Assembly (NCBI RefSeq): GCF_964355755.1
Contig: NC_092672.1
Coordinates: forward strand, 6,200,001 to 6,264,000
Length of the DNA stretch: 64,000 nt
DNA from: Antedon mediterranea
Taxonomy: Eukaryota; Animalia; Echinodermata
Direction of reading: 5' to 3'
This document shows, piece after piece, positions 38,140 to 51,540 of this stretch. The notes beneath the pieces are model-generated. The model was not told the origin of the DNA. It did no database searches and was given only the letters and a program-made list of their open reading frames with translations. The stretch's first letter is position 1. Every line of letters starts with the position of its first letter. The translations under genes and the position numbers were made by a program.

Positions 38140-41100
38140 GTCGGCAAAATAGATATAGAATTGTTTTTCAATTAAACTTACCTTAGGACATTTTTTGGTA
38201 TCAATAGCAATAGCAGGGTTCAGAAATAGAAAATACATCATCGTGAAGAACAACTTACTTATGGAGGAAGACCAAACAGCACAATATATGCCTTTTAGTG
38301 CAATTGATAGTACTTACCTTCTCATCAGATATACGCCAAAATAAATATCTATTTGAATACTGTATTATTTTTTATACAGGATTAAATTATTATGTAGATA
38401 TTACAGTACCATGATAAAGTTTTGGTAAAAACACTTTTTAACTCGCAGAATCATGTTACTACTAAAATATATGATACTCATGTACTTTTTGATTAAAGTC
38501 AACATTTTCTAGCATGCATGGGATGGAAAACATCTTTCAAGGGGAGGCAACCCGACCGATATGCACTGTGTAAAGTTGATGGTCCTAGTTTTTTAGATAT
38601 GTTAAAAGGGAGTTGAAATACAAATAGCTTAGAAAATTGTACAGTATTTTTAGAAATAGTATTTTTAGAGAGATTTAAAATATATATGGTATAATATATT
38701 ATTTTGTATGTTTATATGGCTATTTATAATTATGTACTCAGTGTATGTAAATGTGTTTACACTTGGACGAAAATAAAACACAATTTCGAAAAACTACAGC
38801 AGTGTCTTTTGATATATATTTTATTTTATTGCATTTCCCACGCGAATTTCATTTTTACCATTTTCACAGCACACGATTTACACAGTAAAGATGGCAGCAT
38901 AACGTGTAAGGTACATAAACTGCAGTGAAGCGTTGCCTATCTGTGATAAGCCAACAATACAAGCCCTGTTCACATGGCTGTTTTGCCCAGTAAGCCTGAA
39001 TGCTTAGTAAACAGATTAACTGACTACCTGGGCATAACATCTATATGAACATGCCAAACTCGTCAATCGACGGTCAGTCTACTTTGTTTACAAAGTCTTT
39101 CCTTAAGGGCCAGTTCACACTAGCATTTCGACGTTATACAATTGAACGCATGGAAATCGTGTGAACTAGTGTTACGTTTATGGTCACAACATTGAAGATT
39201 ACTTTATGTATCTGGTATTGTTTGTTGGTCTTTTTAGATCATTGACAATTAGAACAACATTTATATGAAGGGCAAATCCAAAATGTTCAAATAGCTTTAG
39301 CTCCATGCAAAGTTAAATATCTATAATTATTATCTTAACTTACATTTAAAGTATATAAAATTTGTACGTGCGACCGTTTAATTTGTGACATTAATTTACT
39401 TATATTTTTTATAGAACACGACAGGACATTGAACAAAGTTACATTAACATAGGCAACTTGCATTGTAGTATTTCATCGTCTATATTTAGGCATTATCCAT
39501 CTGGTATTCACATACAATGTTTACTATCATGTGCAGAAATTGAATAAAAATCGTCTTTAAAAGACTCGCGCGCACTCGCACACCTTCACGCGCACTCACG
39601 CATACTCCTCTGTGCTTTAAAGGCTATACAACATACTTAAGGCCTCTAGACTATGTTTAAAGCCAGTCAATAAATAACTAAAAGATCTACCGTTTATAGT
39701 CAAAAAATGCTTTACAATCGTATAAAATATATACATCAGATCGTCTTTTTAAAATATATAAATCAATTGAGAAATAGCGCCCCGACTAAAGTCGTAACAG
39801 GAGCCACGTAAGAGAAAAAAATTTTACATCCGTAAATATTGATCCTTAGAATTTACTGAAACTAGAAGAAAACCGTGGAATGATATTCAACTCACTAAGA
39901 ACAACAACAAAAAACTAGGAAATTGGAAGATGAACGAAAACAGTGACGAGGAAAAACATAAAAAAACACGTTAAGAATTTCGGAAGATCAATCAAAGGAT
40001 ACGAACCAAACGACATGCAATAACTTTAGCAATCATAATCCTAGAATAAAGTACTTCTTTGGTCCTAGAGCTCTGACAAACATGGTTGATCAAAAGTTAC
40101 TGTTTAAAAATTACAAATTACACCAAAGGTCAGATAAACTGTATATACGCGGTATACGTTAACACAATATAATCAAGGTGTTAAAAAGCTGAATGCAAAA
40201 ACTGAGCATGGATATAGTGTTGATAAGCATAAACATTGATACCTAAGCAGTGTAATTAAGCCTCTTTCAAGCTATACCTTCGCCTTATCCCAGGCAAGAA
40301 AGTGACTGCAAACGGCCGAAACTCTTAGATCGTGGCCCATATCGCGGTGGCTTAACTCGTCCTGGTGACGAGTTAATCTAAGAGACGTAACACATAATAG
40401 TTTACGCAGATTCTACTGCACATTGAAAGACGATTTTTCTGGTAATTTTTAGTCAAAAGGTAAATCTGAACACACAGTAATAGTTATCTAAAGTCATCTA
40501 CGATGTATATGTCTCGATAGATATTCGTAATTTTTGTCACAAATCCTCTATGTAATTGGTCACCAACTTTTGGTTGCAGTATTATACTACACCCCCATCC
40601 AACCCCATGATGCTAAGTCACACACTTAACCCCACCCATGAATTTTTATCAAGAATACTTGATGGAAATATTACGGTCTATTCCAGTATAAGCTAAAATA
40701 TAATTTCATACATATAATATATATACTTTATGAATTGGCACATCACGATTTATCTATACGATAGGAGTATATTCCCTTTTTCTAAATATTAATTATCTAT
40801 TTTACATTTAAACATTTTTGAATAGTGCTGATTGTGAATCTAAACGACAAAAGCGGAAATACGGGACATTATTTGCAAGAGGTCCATTTTGAAGCAAGAT
40901 CGTTTCAAAATTGAATAACAATAATACGACATGTTCTATATTCTTTCATTATTTCATTTGGATAATTTCCTTAAACACCAATTTCAGTAACAACGTATGA
41001 CATTTAGGCCTAAGAAGCTGCGCTTAAACAGACAAATATCTAAACATTAGGCCTACATTTAGCAGAATGTATACTTTTATTTTGGGCCAGTAATTTTAAA

Positions 41101-41196
41101 TTGTAGTAAAGCTCATATTTATGACGATATCAACTAGTTTTATTCACAGTATATTTAAGTGTCTACACTCTTACAAGGCTTACATCATCGATATTT

Positions 41197-44100
41197 TCAT
41201 AAATGTGACTCTATAACACCTCTAGCTGCTAAAGTCTTGTTCGTTCCATCGTTACGCCCATCTTCATAACCAGAATCATGTTGAGTTGGGGAGACGGAAT
41301 CTATGCTACTAAAGGAATAATCACGTTCGGTGGGCCTGGCTTGGGCTTTGACGATCTTGGGCCTGTCCATGCAGTATTCCAGCCTATCTTCAAGATCGGG
41401 CATGGAGAAACAGCGCCCATCTCGACGCGAGTTCGATTTTTTGGACCTCAGTACAACATTGGTTTGATGATGAATTGGCAGCGGTATCCTGGTGGGTCTG
41501 TCGCTAGGCACTGGTTTTTCTTTACGAGGCGGAGTATTAAGTCTTGCTTCTATCTTTAAATGACTAGGTACAGGGAAACATGGCCTGATGCGTGACAACG
41601 ATGAGTCTGATTCTACACTAGAGCTCAGATGATTTGAATCATCCCTGTCAGATAGGTAACGTGACCTAGGAACAGACATTCCATTGGAGTACATATCTGG
41701 CTCTGTGTGACAACTCCGACTACGTACAGTACCATTACCCCTGCCTCCAATTTGTCTTGATCGGGTTCCACTGGCGTCCAAACTTTTCCTAACACTCTTA
41801 GGTGATCCTATGCTTCGTGATCTCGTTTCTTCACGTTGAGTTCGTTTCGACTCGTCTTTTGTCTGAGATTTAGTTTTAGGAGTTAGTCGAGGTTTTTCTG
41901 ACGGCTTTGACCTGTTAACTGGTCGTGACCTTTGATTTGCTCTAGCCAATGCTGCCTTTGATCCACCAGAATAGTTCTGATAATTGTAATTCTCCATGTC
42001 TAGGCTACTTCTGGCGGAACTGCTGGTGCTTCCTGGGGCAGATTTTCTGGGTTTGTTACCAGATCGTAACGTAACTTCGGCATCATCTATTTTACTATTA
42101 TCAGAACCCCATCGCGAGGTAATTGCTTGGAGGAGATCATCCATTTCTGACCTTTCTGATCTGCTATCCATTGACTCCGAACTACTAGTACTGTCTAGTC
42201 TGTGTCGACCATCATCGCCTCGTGAGACCATAATCATTGATTTGTCTTTTACATTTCCAGAACTAGAGTTTCGACCCAACGAGGCTTTGGCAGATGCAGG
42301 TCGGGATCGTTTTACTGCCTTTGGAGAGCCAATATTTAAGGTATCTTTAAGCCTAGTAGCAGGACTTTCACTGCGTTCTCGGGCTGAATTCACTCGCGAC
42401 CGTCTCCCAAGTGTGCCGTATATCTCAATAGCATTTCGAGATTCTGGTCGAGTGAGCCTTGAAGTTGAACTTACACTTCTTAACTTAGCGCTGTTACTAA
42501 ATGATGAAGTGGTAGAAATGTTCTTCTCTGGGCTTGTTGGACAACTGACTGCCTGCCGGTTTTCCGGATCACTGCTACGAGAGCGGGATACTTGGTTCTT
42601 CTTGCGATATTGCTTAAGATATTCGGATGTTGCAGTCACTGGTGTTGACTTCTTTTCTCTCATTGAATGTGACCTGCCAAACGCAGGATCACTAGTTGAG
42701 TTGGTTTTCCTTTCAAGAGTGCGTCTACCACTTAAAGAGGATACTCTACTGCTACCATTCAGGTCACTTTTGTGCCTGGTTAATGTTGGCGTAGACGTTG
42801 CAGAAACGGTTGGAGACCGTTCAGAGTTTAAAGATTTCCGCAAGGGTGACGTTCGAGATATGCCGGGTGATTCGGATCGTTTTCTTAACGATGGATGCCG
42901 CACCAGACTGCTACGTCCATCATTACTTCTAGTTAGCGGTGATGGTGATTCAACAGAACCATGTCTCCTTTGCATAACAGGGCTACTCGATGCGCTATGT
43001 GAGACAAACGACCCCGGACGAGATCGTCTGAAAGGAATTGGCGAAGACGATGGCGAACTTGACATGCAAGAAGACTCCGGCGTGCTGAGACGATTATTAC
43101 GTTTAGCGACTGGGTCGCTTAACGCGGCTTTAAGTTGAGCTTTTTTAATCTCACTTAGTCGCCGAGAAGGACTTTTAGAAGTGGTTGGTGTTTGTAGATT
43201 GCCTGAGCTTGTCGACTTAGGAAAAGCATCTACAGAATTGTCCTTTTTTGAAACACTGGGTTCCACAGCAGACTTTGGACGGTTCGGTTCGGTGTGTTGA
43301 AATGACGGGCGCCTTCGAACAGGAGTCTCGGCAGTCGAAGCTCTGAAAACAATAGAAATAAAAAAAAAAACCGATTAATCAATAAAACAGGGATAACACT
43401 ATAACATGGGTATCACAGTAATGACATACACAACTAGTTCAGAAGTTATTTTAGAATAAAACAAACCACTTCTTTCTAATTTCATAAATTTTTAACATTT
43501 GCTTGTTTTCAATTCAGCAACGTAATTAATTCTGTTACGATGGAAGAAATCACTCAAGTTTAATTAAACTACAACATACATCGTGTTTATTGAGTGAAAG
43601 CACCGAGTGTGTCGCGTCAATAAAATGATATCGGAACATACAAGGATGTTTTACCGTTGTATGTAACGTATAATCTAATCACATTATATTAAGCATCATC
43701 GCTCACCACCAAACATTACGGTATCATACATGATGGAATTCGGTGTTAGTAATAGTAGGCTTGGCTTATACACTTGTACGATGATTGATTGATTCAGAGG
43801 GCGATTAAAGCTTGTTTTCCACTAGTTCCACTAATTCATTCTCGAAATAGAAATGTAGTTTAATCGGATGTCGTAATATTTCAAGACTTTGTGACGCGAA
43901 AAAATACGCAACCATGAATGTTCCATTCGTGCAAATAAATAGAAAACAGGATGTAATAATATATGAACGGCAAGGTTTTCGAAGAGGCAACATGTTGTAC
44001 GCCTTGGCTTTCGTTTGGTGGGTAGAATTGGTAACTGAAGTTCAATAGGCCTAATGTACGGCATCGGTTCGGGCGGTTAGAGAAGGTGATTGTGGGTGGC

Positions 44101-47100
44101 ATTGGCAGGTTTAAAAAAAGTTCGACCTATAGCTGTCTTTTATCATGGGTTATGGTAATTATAATGGATCCCCCACACATCTCCTTGTTTTTTGTTGTAA
44201 TGAAACGTTAATATCGTAATCAGCACATCCTTCAACCATAAAATCCAGGTAATTAATTCGTTTGTTTTCTTTTCTTTGTTGCCTATCGAATGCCAAATAA
44301 CAAGCTGGTGTGTTTAGCTTAATGAGGAACCTTATTAACAAGGGGGATATTGGATTCTGAAATTGATATCAACACACGCAAAAACTTAACACGGCCTTGC
44401 TTGAAATTTTAAAAAGGAGCCGAACGAAAAGTCGCTAATTTATAACTTCTGATACTAATCACGGTTTTAATAATAAACACGGAATATTTGAGTATTTTAA
44501 CAAGACGATGTTTGTTAATATTGTGAAATTTATCAACAGCGCATGCCTCACAAGCCATGTAAATTTCATCATTATTTCAACGCGAATGTTGATGACGATT
44601 TAAACGTATTCCCGAAATAAACTGTTGTTTGTTATTGTTAAAATTATGCAAAGTTAAAACATTCGTACAAAAACTTTGTTAATGTGTGGTACCGTACCTT
44701 CGTTCTCCTAGAGATGACTTTGGTCTCTCTGTTCCCGGGGCACTTTTCGTCGTCTTGTGATGCAGATTGTGCGATCGATGGCCTAGAAAATAAAATCGAA
44801 AGAAACTGTTTACGATAAGACAAACATCTGGTTAATTAGGCACTCTAATTAACACCACATTCTCTTGATAATTAGAGGCCTAAGTTCGATTATGAGTCAA
44901 CTGAACGAATGAGTAACTGAGATATTTCTGTCTTTTTGTGACATCATATACAGAAGAAGTGAAAACAAAATTTGAACTAGGGACAGTAAACATCTTTCAC
45001 ATAATGTCAGACAATAAATTACAGGAACCAAGAGATACAAAATATCCGCGCTCTTGCTAATATAGGCCTAATGTTATACGCGCTATAATTGTGTATCTTG
45101 TGTATGTTAAGAACAATATTATCGTCGTAGTCGTCAGATTGTGTAGCGTGTTGTTTTTAATGTTTATATAATAGTACAGGTTCGGTAAGGTTCAAATCCT
45201 GAGACCGTCATTTGGTAGATCCTCTGTTATTGAGGTTTCTCTTGAAAATTGATATTGTAACATTATGAAATATGAGTTATATCAACAACTGTGACATTGG
45301 AAGCGTGCCTATAAAATCTATATTTGACGTAACGATAAGAAACAAACATTTCTACTGGTACAGTTTCTTGTGTATGAATTTACTGTAAATCCCATAATTT
45401 TCGCGTCCCCAAATGTTCGGGATTTTACTATACATTTCCAACTAATGAAAAATGTTGTTTTACAGTATTAATTTTCTATGTAGAGCGGCATCACGGGTAT
45501 TTTTGTTTGTAACTGAGCTGGGTGGGGTCCTAGAAAAACCATCCAATAATAAATGCATGCATTAGGAATAACTCTCAGTTTGTATGTGACGTGTATTAAT
45601 ATAAATAAACATACGGTTTATATTTCGATATTTTTAAAATGAGAAACAAAACACGTCGGAGTGAGTGACAAGAAGTGAATAGTGGACATAATTAGATCAG
45701 TAAATCTAACTGCTTTACATTCAAAAGGATATGAATGAGGGAATATGCCAAGTGATACAATTTCATAATTATTTACGATATCGTTACAGACTTTATGTTA
45801 GCTAATATTCATAACTTATTCTAGTGCGTGTCAAATGACATTCTGTAAGGTTTAAACAGCTCAATTTAGACCAGTTTCGTATGATTCGTCACTTATGGCG
45901 TGAGCTGGACATGGGCTACTCTGCTGGTTACCAGTAATATTTTCGACCATATGAGATTCAGATATTTTATCAGGAAGGCTATTAATAACTTTTGATGATA
46001 ATATGCAATATGATATACATATAATATCTCAGTGTATTTATCTTTATTTTTTAGTCCATATGCATTTTCTAAAAAAAACCATTGGGTGTGTTTAAGCATG
46101 GTTGTTGGACCTCATCCGACATCTACATAAAATAGTCTGTTTTTCTTAAAGCTCTGTCTACACTAGCAAACTAGTTTGACAAAAAATATGCGATGTGCCC
46201 AAATATGGTAGTGATATGACGTGTTCATATATGGGCACTTTGTGTGTCGCATTACAGTTTGATCTGAGACAACAACAAATAGTGTAGACAGAGCTTAAGA
46301 ACCAAACGAAAATGACACCAAGGTTTACATCAGTTTATTTCAAAGGCAATGTGAAAGGAAGAACGACTCGAAGTTTTATTAATAATATTATATTTTTGTA
46401 TAATAATTATGGTTAATTATGATTATGATTATGGAAATCATGCGAATGTTTTAGGAATGATGTCCAATACACTAACTAACGAGTCGTGGTATTACGTACC
46501 TTAGTAGTAAGTCTATGACTGTTATATTATTCATGTATTTGCCACGTGTATCATGCTTGTGAATTTAGTAGTGAAATACTGATATACATGCAATAACCGT
46601 CTATTTATGACACCCGTTAGCTTATGAATACCGTAATATATGTAGGCCCACTTGTTATTTATGAGCAAAAGACACATTTTCCCCCGACAGACATTAAGCC
46701 TACATCCAATACTAATCCCGCTGAAACAACTCCACAATTAATCAAATGAATTGGAACTATTGATATTTTGATCTCGAAACATCTCTGTCGAATACCGGAT
46801 TAAACCATCAGCGCTAAGTAGGCCTATCTTACATGGGTGATAAATTGAAACACTCTCGGGTACTGACTGGAAATATCATAGGATTATTTACATCTAGTCT
46901 GCCAATTGAATAGCTTAATATATAAACACATTGTAGGCCTATGCGTGCGAATAAACCTAAATCGATGAAATACCGTTTCAATACTGTTAACATTAATTAT
47001 CTATGCATTAACTGTAATATTTGGGGTGTGACGCACCGCCCTAAAAAGATCATTTCAAATTTGTCTTAAAAATCTGCACAGCGTCCTCTAACGATTGAAC

Positions 47101-47257
47101 TTTTCGTTATAGTACATTGTCATAAAAGTATGGAAGCTATATAACAATAGATTTCTTTGTTCCGACTGAGGATGATTCATTATCATTTTACATATCGGTG
47201 TACGAATTGAAAATTATAATAGCTAATCTATTGTACTTTTATTGTATAAACCAATAC

Positions 47258-47300
<43 letters not shown>

Positions 47301-50300
47301 TATGCTGCAAAAGAATACAGATTGCATACTCCACGAGATATTTCAGTAATTTCCATGCTTCAAAGATGTACTTATACACCGGACTTATACGTATTAGTGT
47401 AGAGTACAAAATGTATGAAAAAATTCATTTTTGATCAGCAAATCTTCTAAATAGAGGAACGTATCGGGGATTTTACTCTTCCCTGATGGTAACCAAACGT
47501 TTTTAAATGTGTAATGAAATTGTACCGGCGTAATTGCTCTTAAAGAGGTTAATGTATGTTCTTGTTACTTACATTAATGTAGAGGAATAGTAGGCCTAAT
47601 ATACGTTGATTTTCTGGGTTCTTAAGAGAAGCCAAAAGGGGAAAAGGGGGATGAGTCGAAAGAAGATGGGGCGAAAAGAGAGGACTGAAAAGAAAAAGGG
47701 CATGTGTTCTGTGTGTAGTACCAGACACAGCCATGCACAAAAGGCCCTTCGACCTCGCAAAATGATGATAATCATTTTTAAACGAATACATTTCGGATTC
47801 TATACAACGTTACAACTAATTTGAATACCATTCAAAAACACAACAAAGAAATTGATTCAATTCTTCTCAATAGTATGATTGTTCCTCATAAATCGCACAA
47901 AGAATTAATTTTTGTTCACACATGTTTTAAAGTTTAGCTTATTTGCTACCGCACCACATACTGCCTTTATAATGGAAATCGGCAGGCTATTTAAAATCAC
48001 ACGTAGGCCGGGTATCACGGCCGGTTGGGGTGCATGGTTATGCGGTGTAATTAAACTCAACCAAATGAATACAATTAATAAATGTGTTCATGCTTTCAGT
48101 TATGTCTTGTATATGTTCATGCTTGTAGTGACGTAATAATCATGAAATCACTCTTATAATTAATAATATAGAATATACAAATAAACCCACAATACATTGT
48201 CTCCTTCCAATTAAAAACCTTTCCAATTTTAAAACCCAAATTGTAGATAAAATTCTGTCGTTTTCAACCCAAACTAGCCAATTACGGTAGAACGCAAACA
48301 AAAGTTGTCTGAAATCGAGGTCTTACAAAAAGTAGACCTGGTTGTAATTAATTGGAAGAAGAACTGTGAAATTAGTATAGTAGTAAAGTATATCTCCGGA
48401 CATTATTTAAACAGTCAATCGCTCTCTAACGAAAAAAACAGATTATAAGAGATTTAGGAAAGGTCTCCTACGACCATGTTTGCCACAAATGGGACGATGA
48501 CTCTCTCACACGTTGGGCGCGGGCGGGAAAGGCGCTCCCTTTTGTGATTCAAAAATCATCCAAACGCAAGCATGTCCGGACTGAGATATTATTTTGCCAA
48601 ACAAATGTTACTTTTGAAAGTTCCAATCGAAGATAATAATTGACAATCACAGTGTATTCTTGGTAAGAGGCATACTGTTCAATATTGTCCGGAAAACTAC
48701 ACAACCAAACACAGTAGAACCCCTATTAAGGGACACATTCGGGCCCGAAAAAAGTGTCCATTCAATTTTGTTTTTCTATCAACGTTATTTATAGAGGGTA
48801 ACCTTTCCGGCTGGACAAATTAATGCCAGTTGATATTTATGAATATCCCTCAATAGAGGTGTCCCTTCAATAGGGGTTTGTCACAGTGTTAAAACATATG
48901 TTTTACCTAATTCATTTCACAGGAAAGTGCTCCCTATAGGGATTCTACTGTATAATACTATATATTATCACGGAGAAATAAGTTTATTTCTTCGTGGTAA
49001 TGATACACCATGGATTAATGGTTATCGTTGCAAAGTGTGATATGCTACTAATAATAGAGCGACAATTCCAGTTCCATATTTGCAATGATAATCAAAAAAC
49101 ACTTTACTCACATTCCTCCTTACCTAGGCAGCGACAGGGATCATGTTTATCTAAGTAATGTTCTAATGTGTCCCAGCCCCCGCCAACTCGTACCATGACG
49201 TGATTGCGTAAAATCTGTGAATAAATCGGTAAATTACAGTTAATAAATACGGAATGTAGTAAAATAGATAGTAATGATTAATGTATGCCTGACATATGAG
49301 ATGAATTTGCCTGGAAGCGAATATGATAATGACAAACATAGTAACGTTGCAATAGCCTAATAATGTAATGTACATTCTATACACTGTCATGTACCTTCAC
49401 ATTCATTTTATGTCGTGTTTTCAACATGTTAAAATTATCACACCCGATTGTTGTATGGAAAAGTAATAATAATAGTGAACTAAACATGTTAAGCCATAAA
49501 ATACTCTTGAGATGCAAGAAATTACACCCAATGAGCAGGCCTAACAACCCAAATCATGTCATACCGGAAACTCTTTAGGCCCTACTACTAGAGCCTAGCT
49601 TAAAACTGGATTATACGGATAAACACACCCTGAAGACTCCACATTGAACTAACTAACTTCTGTTGATTTTTTTAAACGAAGCACACCTAGAATAAACGAC
49701 ATTACACACTGTGTGGTTAACTTAAGTGTCTGTCCAAACGTCGTGTTAAAATGAATTTCAATCCAAAAGAGTAAACAAAAACGCTTTTTGGTCTAGTGGG
49801 TTTGTGTCAAAATATCTAGTCAAGATAACGAAGCAAATACAGTAGTTGCAACCGTGCATCAATGATTTTGATACTGATGTTGTATATTATTTGTATTTTC
49901 TTTTTATTTAGCCGGTCACAATTGTGACGTCATACGGTGTTGTATATTAAAGATGTGCTCTTATATAGTTTTCAAGAAAGTTACCAATATAACACTATGC
50001 TGCGTAGAAACATCTGAACTATTCTTTACTACTTAGAGCAACATTACTAGTTCTCAATTATCATACCACCTTTAATGTGATAAATAATAGTTCGATGATG
50101 TCATAACTATCCCGTGACGTCATGGGCAGTGTTTTACGCGTTTGAAATACAAACACGCGTCGACCACAAACTGCACAGTGTGTTATATCAGGTATTAACT
50201 AAATTCTATAAATATCAATGAGATTGGCATAGCACCAATGATTTGATAAATATAACTCCTGATACTTACCCTGACATATATCTTTGTTTTTGAATCTCCT

Positions 50301-50377
50301 ATTCTGTATTTTCCTTCCGCAACTCGTATCATCGGAAACTGATTGGGACAAGAACATCGACTGACAAGATCACGCAC
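41197..50377 (-). CDS. GAS2-like protein (GAS2L1/L2, pickled-eggs type), 3' part: GAR domain plus long Ser/Arg-rich tail
   Basis: Exons 50377-50270 ([28 protein letters not shown]), 49214-49124 ([29 protein letters not shown], the GAR signature), 44782-44698 and 43342-41197; phases consistent. SxIP-like TRIP motif at 41482-41493. CH-domain exons were not found in the window. Confidence 0.92.
46150..46295. mobile_element. MITE family A, complete copy
   Basis: Both TIRs, TAA flanks; short insertion in the right TIR; GAS2-like intron. Confidence 0.8.
48712..48950. mobile_element. Tc1/pogo-type MITE
   Basis: TIR CAGTAGAACCCCTAT / ATAGGGATTCTACTG followed by TA; internal GGGACAC / GTGTCCC repeats. 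Confidence 0.65.
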
Positions 50378-51540
50378 CTGCAAAAAACAAAAGAACATTG
50401 TTATTACATCAATTATCTTTTATCGAATAGGTATTCTTATTTCGAAGTACTACCGGTAAACGTTTATAAAAATGTTATATGGGTGAGCTTTTGTGAATTT
50501 GTAAAAAGTATCGAATTTAACGGACACTGTTTTAGGCCTACATCTGGCTATGGAGGTAAAAATTGTTTATTTTTACCTCTATGATCTGGCGCGCCAATAA
50601 AGTATACATTTGATAGTATTATATTATTCTGATAATGCTTGCACAGTACATGAAATTCTAAGCCTAAATTATTTTTATGTTCTATAAATATAGGCCGCTT
50701 GAAGGAGCATCACTTGACTTCGTAGGCACATAGTTTATGCATAAGACCGATATCACATTAACATTCTCATGAGAACATAGGCACATTACTGAAATAACAG
50801 TATGTTGCTTTTAACATGACATAGCAGTCGCAGATTGCCTCAAGTCTTTTGATTGCTCTTGCAAATAAAAACAAGCAATTCTAATTGTACACAAGCGATT
50901 GTAAATGACGTATGCGTTATTAGCTAAAATAACCACATTGCGCTATTAATATCTTCACACCAAAGACACAACACAGCTGTCTGTTTCCCGATTAGTATTA
51001 CTTTACATGCCAAAGCATTTTGAGGTGCTAACATAATAAACATTTAAACTTAGAACTATGGAACGCACATAGTGCCTTTGTAACGTCGATCTGATGAATA
51101 CAGTATTTGTGTGCGTTTCATATAGAAGTAATTATGAATCTATGGAACGCGACGATTTTGTGTGCGTGAACCTAATGATGTGACTATCTAGGCGTTTCAT
51201 ATTCATTGCGGTGTCGATATTACAATTACAAAAATGTTACGCAATCTAGAAATCAAGGTCAATTCATCCATGCTTAATCCATGGATGAATTAGCAAAGAC
51301 CCTAACCGTTGGCCTACTTGGTACTACATTATTTCAACATTAGTAATACGCATTAAATCCTATTTTCAAGAAGCGTTTTCCGCCCACAATATCATGATTT
51401 GGTCTTTACAATTCCGTACAAGTAATTATCTATCTGTTCTATGCTCTCTATATTTATCTTAGTCATTCATTATTATAGACATTCATTAAAGTCATATAGA
51501 TATCCATTCATCTAAACATAACCAACAAAATTAAATTATA

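Noticed and set aside
40311-40390. Hammerhead ribozyme in the GAS2-like 3' region
   Set aside because: GAAAC plus a stem is present, but no CUGANGA box in the right place and the triplet would be GAC rather than NUH.
41996-43138. 380-aa plus-strand ORF
   Set aside because: Antisense shadow of the Ser/Arg-rich GAS2-like last exon; no recognisable domain.
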